A DNA stretch of 56,678 nt, counting the filler, from Bipalium vagum (lineage: Eukaryota): assembly GCA_037834085.1 (NCBI GenBank). It is 3 parts of 3 records of this genome, joined end to end, with 100 filler letters (N's around TTAATTAATTAA, not from the genome) between each part and the next. Parts side by side here need not be neighbours in the genome. Positions count along the whole stretch, not along the records: positions 39,847 to 56,678 come from JBBMKC010091077.1; 2 more parts are not named here. One strand, 5' to 3'. Within the stretch, counting starts at the first letter, position 1. Each line of letters begins with the position of its first letter. The translations under genes were made by a program, and so were the position numbers. Below are positions 39,847-51,200 of the stretch, one piece after another. The notes under the pieces were generated by a model. That model had not been told where the DNA came from and ran no database searches. It saw only the letters and a program-made list of their open reading frames with translations.

Positions 39847-40371
39847 TTATTGTTTATTTGCGGGATCACTTCTTGTCTTTGATGTTGTCGAAGTTTTTTG
39901 CGGCTTTGATCGTAGTCTCCACACTAACAATTGTTATATTTACATAATTAATTTTTAAAATTCTTATTTATTCTTTATTATTTACAATTATTTTGAGTTT
40001 TGATTTTAAAAGAAAATATAAAAATTTACAATACTTTAATCATTTTAATAATATATTTAAAAAAATAATTTTTAAAAATTTAATTTAATTTTAAAATATT
40101 AAAATAAAAATAAAATATGGTCACAATCATATGTTTCATTTAATTTTTGCTTAGAGTTTAAAATGTAATCATAAAAATTAAAGTTTTATGTAGGTTAACC
40201 ATTAAAAAATTTAAAATAATATTTTATTTAAAAATTTAAAAATAACTATCAAATTATTGTTTTTACTAAAATTTGTTTAAATACTCAAATGTTGAATTTA
40301 TTAAAACGTGCATTTGTAAGATAAATTAAAGAAAAATAATATTTCTTAGCATTTTATAGATTTAGATTATT

Positions 40372-41571
40372 ATGGATTTAAAAACTGAACCACAAGAACT
40401 TTTACAGAGAATTGTCCGTACAATTCCCGTTGGGTATGGTGGCTATATTATCGGTAAAAAAGGAAGGTATAAAACTTATAATTAAAAGTCTGCAAAAACA
40501 ATTAGTGATATTTTAGTTTCAAGTCTCAGTTAAATTCTGAATTTGGTGCTGAATTCCGTCTAGTTAACTTTCCACTAGACCCTTTACGACAAATAATTTA
40601 TATTGACTGTCCAGCGGACCAGTATTCATTGGTAGAAAAGAAAATCGACGAAAAAATAGCTGAAATAAATAGAAAAATAAACTCTAACACGATCAACACA
40701 GTTACCAGTAACCCAGATCAACTAAAAGTAAGATATAGAATAGCCACATGTTAAATAAAACCAGATTGAATCATTGTTCGTCTAGCCAACTGTAGAACTG
40801 GGTAAAATGATACCTGGTCGAGTCATAAACATGTCTCATTCTAACGACCTCATTGTCATTCTTGAGAATAACAAAGAAGCCAAAAAGAAATACGAAAATA
40901 TGCACATTTCCATCAACTCAGAATACGTAAATTCGCCGCCTCGTGTTCCATTTCCAGTCGGGCCAGGTTGTATTTGCATTGCACTGGGATCTCGGGCCAA
41001 ATATTATCGAGCTCTCGTTCTGGGTTATGAATATGACTTAGCAACGGTATACTTTGTGGACATTGGGAAGTTCGAGCTTGTGCCTTACAATAGATTATTC
41101 AAGATTAAGTAAATTTATTAATTATTTTTCTTTCAATTAACTATTTTCAGAGTAAAATATCTAGATCTGCCGTTTCGAGCCGTTCCGGCTAAATTGAACA
41201 ATGTTTCCATGAACACCAATATCGACGGAATCGCCGATGTCGTGTACTCCCGTTTCCTTCGCAACGTGGACTCGACACCAAAAAAAGTCTACTTGTATTT
41301 CACGCATGTGGAGTGCTGTATTCCCCACGTGAACATTTATGTCCAGAAACCGGGAACGGAGATGATCCATAATGAATTTATTGATTTGTTGGAGCTGTTA
41401 ACGAGCGTGCAGTTGGCCGATACGGTACCATCGAATGTCGATCTGTCTCTCAGTGAACGGTTCATTTGCAAATCCAACTGTGACATTCGGTTCCATCGGC
41501 CAATCAATTTTGCCTATTACGAATCGGTTATGAGCATTAAATCCCTTGACGATGTCAACAGAAACAATTAA
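40372..41571 (+). CDS. KH + Tudor domain protein, AKAP1/Spoonbill-like (349 aa as modelled)
   Basis: Exons 40372-40466, 40517-40727, 40786-41108 and 41151-41571 (introns 50, 58 and 42 nt). KH domain: IPVGYGGYIIGKKGS...FPLDPLRQIIYID. Extended Tudor: PRVPFPVGPGCICIA...YYRALV...YFVDIG...KYLDLPFRAVPAKLNNV, matching AKAP1 PTLPTPVEITVICAA...WWRAQV...DFVTLPFQ. Confidence 0.85.
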
Positions 41572-42460
41572 CAGATTTCAATATTTAATATAGATTGACA
41601 TGATCTTATAAATTGATTTTTTCTTCGGGTTTTTGAATTTGTCGCTGTTATTCTAAAAATTAATGCCATTTGCCACAGTAAAGCTGTGATGTAAATATTT
41701 AACTCCCAGTATCGATTTAGTATTGGATTTTTGACATGGTAATTTTTTTCTGGTTACATACTGTATCTAGTTTACTTGTTCAAGATTTCGGAAACTATTT
41801 GGTTCTTATTTTTATATTTAAAAATTCTCCACGTTTTGATTGGTGGAAAAAAAATTATTTTGTAAATCTTAAATTGTATAATGATTTATTTGTATTGATT
41901 TGTTAATTAAATCTTTCTGATAATGACTTGTTGAATTATTTATAATGGTAACTGTTTTTAAAAATGTCAATAAGTTAAATATTTACTATCTGGTTATCTT
42001 TCCAAAGTTTCATCATATACTGTTAGTTTTGTTTATGATTTCTAAAAATATTGTGATATTTAATTTCAATATTCACTTGTAAATTTTGTTTATTAAATAA
42101 AATTTTTGTGTAAATAAAGAAATTATTAAAGGAAATATCTAAGTCTTTTTTTAACCCATCTCAACTATTTTGATTGGCAAAATTAATTTTAAAAGTTGAA
42201 AATTGAAAAGGATTTAAACTAAAGTAGGCAACATGTTTGTTATATGTGGAGGAATTGCGTTTTTAAAAGATTGCCGGCTGTCTCTAAAAAACCATTCTTT
42301 CAAATTTTTTAAAATCAAAAAAATAATGTAATTCCTATTTTAGTTATACATACATTTACTCCAATAATTATCCGTCTCATATTGAAATAATAAAATAAAA
42401 TTTAAAGAAAAAATTGCTAGAATATTTTTAAAAGGCGATTGTTTCTAAGTAAAACAGTTA

Positions 42461-42527
42461 ATGTAGCTCAGCGGTCAGAGCAGTGCATGCGCATGTGAAG
42501 GTCCCGGGTTCGAATCCTGGTATCTCC
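42461..42527 (+). pseudogene. tRNA-Ala-derived pseudo-tRNA / SINE head
   Basis: A-box tagctcagcggtcagagc, B-box ggttcgaatcc and the 3' acceptor half tatctcc. The 5' GGGG is missing and the anticodon arm is disrupted. Confidence 0.7.
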
Positions 42528-42639
42528 GATTAATTTTCAACTAACATGGCGACCACACCAGGACACCAACCAGCGGACGAGGTCTCGGAAGTAAAAATGT
42601 TAAGGAAATGAATGGAAATAGAAGTAAAAGAGACATTTT

Positions 42640-42990
42640 CACTAACATTCAGGTTTCTCTTCAATACAGCCCATACATTTTCAAATGGGTTCATATCAGG
42701 TGATTGCCCAATCCATTTCATGACATTTATACCGTATTCGTGAAGTCAACGAGTAATAAATTTGGCCGCATGTTTCTGGTCTCTGTCATGTTAAGTCATG
42801 AAATCAGTCTCAAGACCCAGGCAGATTCCAACAAATTATCTTGTAAAATTTTTAAATAATCTTGCTTTTACATTTTTCCATCGATGAAGACTCAATTTCG
42901 AACTCCGCAACTTGAAAAATATCCCCAGATCATAACTGATCCATTCATTTCATTTCTTCGCCAAACATTAACCTTTTCATCTGAAATATT
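42640..42990 (-). mobile_element. Tc1 (DD34E) transposase relic
   Basis: SDEK..., GSVMIWGYFS..GV, HDRDQKHAAK and KWIGQSPDMNPFENVWAVLKR. Confidence 0.88.
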
Positions 42991-43089
42991 AATAATAATA
43001 TTATTAATAGATTTAGAAATCGCATGAAAACCTTGAAAAGTCATAAATTAAAAATCCCCTACTTTTATTTATAAAAATAAATTTTACCA

Positions 43090-43447
43090 ATACTCCTCCA
43101 TGGTAATGCCCCTTACACGTTGCAAAGTGAGTGAAACTAAAAAGGATGGAAAAAAAGGATCTTCTTTATTCCCCAGACCTTGTATCTACCGACTATTATT
43201 TTTTCAGGAATTTTGATATCTTTTAACAAGGAAAAAAATCCCATTCCCCCGAGGCTGTTTAAAGTGTCTTTATGCAATTCATCGAATCTCTGAAAAATGA
43301 GTTTTTTGATAAAGACATCTCCGAGCTGCCAACAAGGTGGCAGAAGTGTATACTTGTTGAATGTACTTTGATTAAATAAACTGTTCCTTGTCAAAGATTT
43401 CTTTAAAAAATGTTTGTTATATCTGTGATAAATACTTTATGACCCAA
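43090..43447 (+). mobile_element. Mariner 3' relic with right TIR
   Basis: YSPDLVSTDYYFF...FIESLKNEFFDKDISELPTRWQKCI; ends ...tactttatgacccaa followed by TA. Confidence 0.8.
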
Positions 43448-43449
43448 TA

Positions 43450-43860
43450 TTAAAAATTAGCAGAAATACTAAGATACACAAACAATTAAAAAACTGTGAA
43501 AAAAGTATCTAAATAAACATGGAAAATGTATGGAAAAAAATCATTAAAAAAATAATAATAAAAGTACTAAAAAAATTTGTATTTTTTCGTCATATTTTGT
43601 GGTATTTTAGTATTTCTAATACTTAGTACTTTTTTTTCATATTTTTTAATGATTTTTGTCATACTTTTTAATTATTTTTTCATGTTTTTCTAATTTTAAA
43701 AATCACTTTCATACTTTAGTACTTTTCATAGAATTTTCAACTTTTTCCATGTTTTTAGTTATTTTTTACTACTTTTTAAAAATGGTTTTAGTGATTTTTC
43801 TTATATTCTTTTTAGTGTTTTTGCTGATATTTTACTTTTTTTTAACAAAAAAAGTAATCA
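43450..43860. repeat. Foldback-like imperfect inverted repeat (A-rich left arm, T-rich right arm)
   Basis: aaaaatcattaaaaaaat...aaaagtactaa (~43535-43570) is inverted at ~43623-43657 (ttagtactttt...attttttaatgattttt). Confidence 0.55.
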
Positions 43861-44049
43861 AAAAACGAAACACAACAGATTTTGAGTCCTGTTTTCAAAG
43901 ACAGGTTTGCCCTTATATCTGTCATAAAAATGAGCTCCATTCGAAGATTATTATGGAAAACCAATATTCAACCTGCTTTGGTTCAAAGAATTATAAGAGA
44001 ACTTAAACATTTTAAAATGCAGGCTCTTCATAAGTTAAGAATAGTTAAA

Positions 44050-44300
44050 ATATTCAATGGGTGTGTCAAAATCACCGGACATCACACCAGTTGATTATTG
44101 ATTTCAGGGTATTCTTAAGATAAAGGTTTTACATTACCAAAAACCGAAAATATAACTAAAACGAAAACAATAATCAATTTCCTGTTTTACTATCGAAGAG
44201 CTGCCAATTATAATATTGTATTTCCCAAAGAATTGAGTTAATGTTATTCGTTTAAGAAAATAATTTCTAGGAAAGCATCATTTTATTTGTAATTAATAAT
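44050..44300 (+). mobile_element. IS630-Tc1-mariner transposase C-terminal relic
   Basis: KSPDITPVDY*FQGILK (cf. RSPDLTPLDF.LWG.LK). Confidence 0.55.
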
Positions 44301-45205
44301 ATAATTTTTTTATCCACTTTATTTCTCATTTACTTTTCTACTTGGTTTTGATAAAACCTGTATTTTAGTTCTTACCTAAAAACGTCTTTGAATAACTAAA
44401 GATTTACATAAAAATATTATAACACAAAATTTAAAACAATAAGTCCTGATGAGAAGATAATCGGAAAGGATGAAACAAGTAAAAATTTAAATTGGAATCA
44501 AAACAAAATGTTGAGGAAAGCCTGGAAATTATTTTGCAGGTAGGTAGAAAAATCAATTCCAGAAAAAGACCAGAGATTAATCATACCTGACCCTGGAACA
44601 AAATATGAGATGATGCTTATCAAGAGGAAATAAGTTACAGGATAAGATATTTTTAAAATTATTTACATTTCAAAAGCTGTCTTAGTTAACAATAAAATAA
44701 AAATCAATGTAAGGGACATATCAACTTGAATTCACATTGATCAAATAAAATCTCAAAAATCATGTTATATTAAAATTGCAACTTATTAACCGAAAAATTA
44801 TATAGATAGCTTTTCTTCAGAAAATAAGAATAATATTTCCTAAGAAAATAACTTTATTAAAAACATTTAACGCATACAGACTTAAACCGCATGTTTACAA
44901 TTAATTTCGTCAGAACAAATTCTAACTATCAAACCACGGGAATTCTATATCATTACACATTGCCAAAATACATTTTAATTGGATTATTTAAAATTAATCG
45001 ATATATCATAATATTGAATTTTCAATAAAGTACTTATAATCAATTCTTATAATCTTTATATTATTTCAAATTCTTTAAAATTAAAAATCTATTTAACCTC
45101 AATTCTTAATTGATTGTTTTTAATAAATTTTTCTTTTCTCTCAAAATTTTTGTATGAAAACTGCGAAAACCAAATAATTTTATTAACATGTGCACTATAT
45201 TTATT

Positions 45206-48200
45206 TTACGACTCATATAACGATTTGATAACTTCTGAATACATGTCCACAATGACCATCCTTTTGAGCTTCATAGTGGGACCTGTGGAAATAGAAAATA
45301 TTAAAAACATCGTTTTTTCAATAAAAATCAATAATAAATCATACCCAATTCCTTTCCGTGGATGGAAAAATCTTTAGGAAGAATAAACCACTTCTGAACG
45401 TATGCCGCCCTAGAAACGGACAGACCGTTCACTAATCGAATCTCTTTATCAATAAATGCTTTCAGTTGTGCATTATTGGATTCCCGGACTTCTGAGACAG
45501 TGGTTGCATGTACGCCGATAGCTTCGAGACTCCGAATGGCAGCTGGAGTCAACTTTTCTGTGGGACCTTGAGTAACAGGATCCACGAGTGTCTGAAGGAA
45601 AATACAGACAAAATCAACATAATGATTTTTTATCACAATTCGCACTTTAATAGTCAATAAACAGGATATAAATTTCTGTCGATCACCGATAAGCATTGCG
45701 TTGCTGACAAATGGAAGTCGCTCCTTGATTTTATCTTCAATCGGCACCGGAGCTATGTTCTCACCACCAGCTGTGATTATGAGCTCTGAAAATCAGTCAG
45801 TCAGTTTTGGTGACATGTTAACAATCATCCTTCGTACCTTTAATTCGACCAGTTATCACAAGAAATTGATCATTCTCTATTTTTCCCAAATCTCCAGAAT
45901 GAAGCCATCCCTCGGCATCAACGGTTTCTTTTGTCTTTTCTTCAGCATTAAAATATCCCATAAAAACATGTCGACCTCGCATGCAAATCTCTCCAATATT
46001 ATTTTCATCGGGTTGTGAAATTTTTAATTCCGTACCCTTCAATAAAACCCCAGCTGATCCTAGTTTTACCTACCAAATCCAAACACAATTAATGCCAAAC
46101 TGGATGAAATTAACAAATGAAAAATACATAGTATCTAAGCTCATTGTGTTACTTATCAAAAATAAAGATAGAATTTGGTTATTGATGTGTCAGCTTAGTC
46201 TACAATATTATAGATAATTCTAATTGCACTAATTATCAGAGTTTTTATCAATTGAGTGAAAGGTCCTGCCAGAGAAAAAACAAAAGAAAATATTGAGAAA
46301 AATTTTAATCTTAATACAAAAATCTAGTGAAAATTATTCTAAAAAAATCAATATAAAACACAAAATTGATTCACATAATAATTAAATAAAAAAATCAATA
46401 AATAAATCCAATTTCTGATAATAAAAAATAATTATTATTAATTTTTAATCAATTAATAGAGAGGAATTTATTTCCAGTAATAACTAATAACGTGATAACA
46501 TTGAACAATGAAACAAGCTTTCATGAATTGATTTTCGATTTTTATGAATATATAAAATTAGAATTTTTAATTAAAATCAATATTAATAATAAAATCCTCA
46601 ATTTAATAATCAATTACATTTTTTACAAGAAGCTCAAATTCTTTGCGTCTTGCTAAAAATAAAAAATATTCAGATAGTAATATCTTTAACAAGACTGCTT
46701 AACAGCACTTTGATGTCCACAGTACTTCTATAAAACTATTACTAAAAAAAAACCATAATAATAATAATTTATAGTTCGCAGAATCAGTCTGCTAAAATTA
46801 TAAATTCTTTTATTACAATTAATTGATAATTCTCAGTGAAGTCTCTGTGATTAGTTGGTAGTAGTCATTTAAGATCTAAATAACTCTTAACTACTTTTTT
46901 GGTCTATTTGATTGATTTATTAAAAAATATCAAAGTCTGTATAAAGTTTTGTCAAAATTAGATTGTGTAATTATAAATTATTATTACAAATAATATTGAT
47001 TTTTAAATTCCATAACTTTTATTCAATGAAATCAATATTATTTTTTATTAATGAAAATCAATACCTTATCATTAGTCCCAATGGTATGGGGACCACAGCA
47101 TTCAGACATTCCGTAGATTTGGTGAATTACAAAGTTTAGACTGAGGAAGTAGTCTAAAGTCTGTTGAGCTAACGGTGCAGCAGCCGATGCTAAGTAAACA
47201 CATCTATCTAGACCCAAAGCCTTTTTCACACGGGAAAATACAAGACAATTTGCAATATAGAATGACCATGATGGAGATTTACCACTCAATATAGCAATAG
47301 TATTTCGATAACCGACACTCTTTGCCCAAGCTGCAATTCGCTTTTTAGTGGCGCTAACACTGGATCCAATCTCTTGCATTTGTTCTTGAATTTTTTCGAA
47401 AACTCGAGGTACTCCAACAAAAAATGTGGGTCTCACCTAATATTAACAGTAAATATTGATTAAAACAAGAAAACAAAGTAGAGCTTTATTAATATAAATT
47501 TTGAAGAAAACCTTTTACTCATTAAACGTAAACGACACATAAATCACGTTAAAATAGACCTAAGCCATCAAAATGTTAACAAAGACTAATTACGTTCTAA
47601 TTTTAAAGTTTTTACTCAACATTGCTTTCAGAGATTGTATTTCAGCAATTAAGGATACGGTGCGCGTCAATCACTCCGTTTTTAATAGATTTAGACTGAT
47701 TAGTTAAAGATTTTGCCTTTTGTTACAAACAATTAATGACCCTTTAGAGGAGGAACAAATGAACAGGAAGATAAATTACTTTGTCTTCCATACAACCATA
47801 AAGAAAATGTAAGTTAAATAGTAAACCATATCGTTATTTGCAATGCAGGTGGTCTTCAAAACCTGTATCATATTATTGTAACAAAATCAATAAAATAGGA
47901 TGTTAAATTTATTTCTTTGTTTTAAATGTCATTTTTAATATTTAAATTAATACAATTTTTTCCCGAGAAATTTGTTCAAATCAAAACTATTATTAATTTA
48001 AGTATTTAATTAACAAATTCCGTTTCCATGAATATGTTAGTAAAGATTTTCGCCAAGTCGTATTTTAATGTAGGTTTAATTAATAAATTTAGGTTTAATT
48101 CATAAATTATTAAAAATTAATAAATTTCTCGTGAATTTAAATCTATTAGCGTCGTTATATTGCACAGACACAAAACGATTTCTATTATAATAGAGACAAA

Positions 48201-51200
48201 TTAGTTTCGGTGAAAAGGTTTCAAATATCCAATCTCTTGGTTATCAGTAATAATTTCTGTTAGCAAAGTTCTGTTTTATAATAAAGTATTAATAGATAAC
48301 ATTGTTAACACAATGCAAGACCAAAATAAAAGTGGTTAAGTGCAGAAAAAAATTATTTATATTAAGCATTTTAATAAGTTATGTTGGGTGAAAATGTGCT
48401 CTACATAGATTTTTATAGATAAATTTGTAAATTGTATAAGAAATTCGATGAAATAAATAATTTAATTCGTTTTAATCGAATAGAAGGCTGAAAAAAGCCG
48501 ATCGCACTTAGAATTTTTCAAGAGAATGGCAAATGCAGAACGACTTTAAATAAAAATCAATAAAATTTTGGTATGTATTAATTGTATTAAATACAAATAA
48601 AAGATACTTAACAGTAAATTTGGTTCTCAGGTAACTCTAATATCAACAATCTCAAGATAACTATTTAAGACAATGGAACGTGAAAGTAAAAATAACTTGA
48701 CCTAATTAAACGTTAAAAAATCACATGGTACATAAAATAGAATTATTACTGACTGATGAAGAACTGGAAAAGTTTGAAACATGTTTCATAAAAATAAATG
48801 ATTAAACCAATTTTGCTTAGATTTGAAAGAGTCAATTTCAGAAATGTAAAGTGCTGTTTTCACAACATTAAAAATACAGAAATACAATTGGTAATAGAAT
48901 AGAAATATTTTCTTAAAAAAAACAATGTACGACACAGGATGTCAATTCTATTTTCATTGTGTCCGATAAACAAGAACTGTAGATTTATACTATACTGTCA
49001 GTTCAATATAGATTAAATATAGCACTTATTTCCGTGATTGATGAAGACCAATATTAGCAGCACTTTGCAAATGCTAAAGATGATTTTCTAACTACTTTTT
49101 CTCTGTGAGACATTAAAACAAAATATAACCAATTGTGAACAAGTCCATTATTAAATATATATATTTAAATTATCATTATGATACCTATATGATTCAAGCA
49201 ATTTTTTTTATTATTATTACCATTATTGATTTGCACCGATTTATTTCTTCAGAAAAAACATAACCTTTTGTATTATTTACAAAAAATGAGTTAGAAGTCT
49301 TATTATAGAGTACAGTAAATTATTCCTGGTCATTACAGAATTCATAGGAATATAAATAGTGATCTGAATTAATGTCTGATTTCTTATTAAGTGTGAACAA
49401 GAAAAGTTTGATAATGTAAAGGAAAGCTTTTAGAAGAATTGAATCTTCAATTAGGTTTTAGGTCATTTTTCAGGCTGTCACATCTTATTAATAAAGTTAA
49501 GATGATGAAAATAAAGTGTTCTGTGATATAGCATTGAAAATCATTATTTACTATTTATATTCGCATTCGATACAACTGATCTAATTTAAGATTGAATTAT
49601 TTTTATACAGTTATTTTTTGCTAAATAGGATGAAGGAAAAATTTCAACAGTCTTCATAAAATAACCAAAACCCTGAATTATTTCGATCTGCTAATGAATT
49701 AATGATAACAAAACTCTCGGTATTATATATTTTTCGAATCTTTCTTTTATAATTATAACATTTTTTAATAAAATCCATACAAAAAATTAATAACTTTATT
49801 AATAATATATCTTAACTAAACACTGATCGATTTACGAGTGGAAAAATAAAATATCACCTAAAAATTTAAAATTTTGTCAATATTTATAAGTTAATTTCCA
49901 TTGATTGTATAAATGGAGATAGAAGAACTCTTCAAAATATGATATTAGTTGCAAGAATTATTAAAAACAATTTTAAATAAAAAAATTACTTCTCTCAGCG
50001 TTTTCCCCAGAGAACCTTTCAATGCATCTGGTTGGGCAAAGTAAATGGTTGTACCTAATACAACAGTAGATATGATGTCAATCAGATTCGCAGCGATATG
50101 ACTTAGAGGCAAATACGATATTATCGAGTGTTTGAAAGGCTCCATATTCACATGTTTCACGGACATTTTTAAAGTGAAGATAAGCTATTTATTTTTCGAT
50201 TAATTAATAAAGCAATTTATCAAATTGAGCACTAACATTATCATGAGAAAGCATTACACCCTTTGGAAGACCGGTGGTTCCACTAGTGTAAATGAGCATT
50301 ACGCAATCATTTGATTTCATACTCTGCAAACGGTTTTCAAGCTCGCTTTTTGTGTCTGACGATTCAATATTCATAAATTGAGTCCACTGATAAAAAATTA
50401 TTGGTTTCATTATTTTATTATTAAAAAATTATAACTGTATATATTGGTATAGAGCATTTCTGTTTAGTTTCTTCTTTGATAGACCCCGTATATTTAATGA
50501 AAGCTTTTAAATTTGGAACTTCAGGCAATATGGAAATCAGTCTTTCCAACTGTTCATCTGTCTCCACGACCACAATTTGCATATTACAATCATTTATTAT
50601 AAACTTGCAAATATCAGCACTATTTGTCGTATATATACCACAAGCAATACCACCGGCAAATATTGCTCCCAGCTCACTTATAAACCATGCAGGGTGATTA
50701 AAACCCATTATTCCAATCGAAGCTTTACGATTTAATCCAAGCTAAAACAATGTGAACCAAAATAATCAACGTCTAAGTAAATAATAGTATCATTTTTATA
50801 ACAAATTAATTAAAATATTTTAACCTCCTTGAACCTATTCAAACAAAAATCTCAATCATATATGAAGATATAAAAACATATCTAATATGATGAACTATGA
50901 AAATGATCAACACCAAAGAGTACCACCATCCAATGTTTAATTTTTGATATGGAAAACGAAAAGGAAAATTAGATTGGAACATTTATAACATGAAGAATTA
51001 CCGATTTTCGATGAAGGTGTTGCGGAAAGATGAAAAAGAAACAATCTGAGTAAAATAAAAATATTTTATAAATTCCAAATTGAAGTTTTTTATTATCAAT
51101 TAGATCAAGATAAAACAAAGATAAGTTTACACATGATGTAATTTGACGCAAGTCTTATCTGTTAAATTCGCGGAAATAATCTAATGTCTTTTAGACATTT

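Noticed and set aside
43137-43394. 85-aa minus-strand ORF
   Set aside because: Antisense shadow of a mariner C-terminus on the + strand.
44440-44490. Hammerhead-like CUGAUGA...GAAAC-AA-GUA
   Set aside because: Seven extra nucleotides before a mismatched stem II, and no stem I pairing.
45114-46217. + strand ORFs (45114, 45701, 45981; likewise 27973, 33716, 50476 and the - ORF at 41161)
   Set aside because: Antisense shadows of ACSBG, Tigger, FAM221 and KH-Tudor exons.
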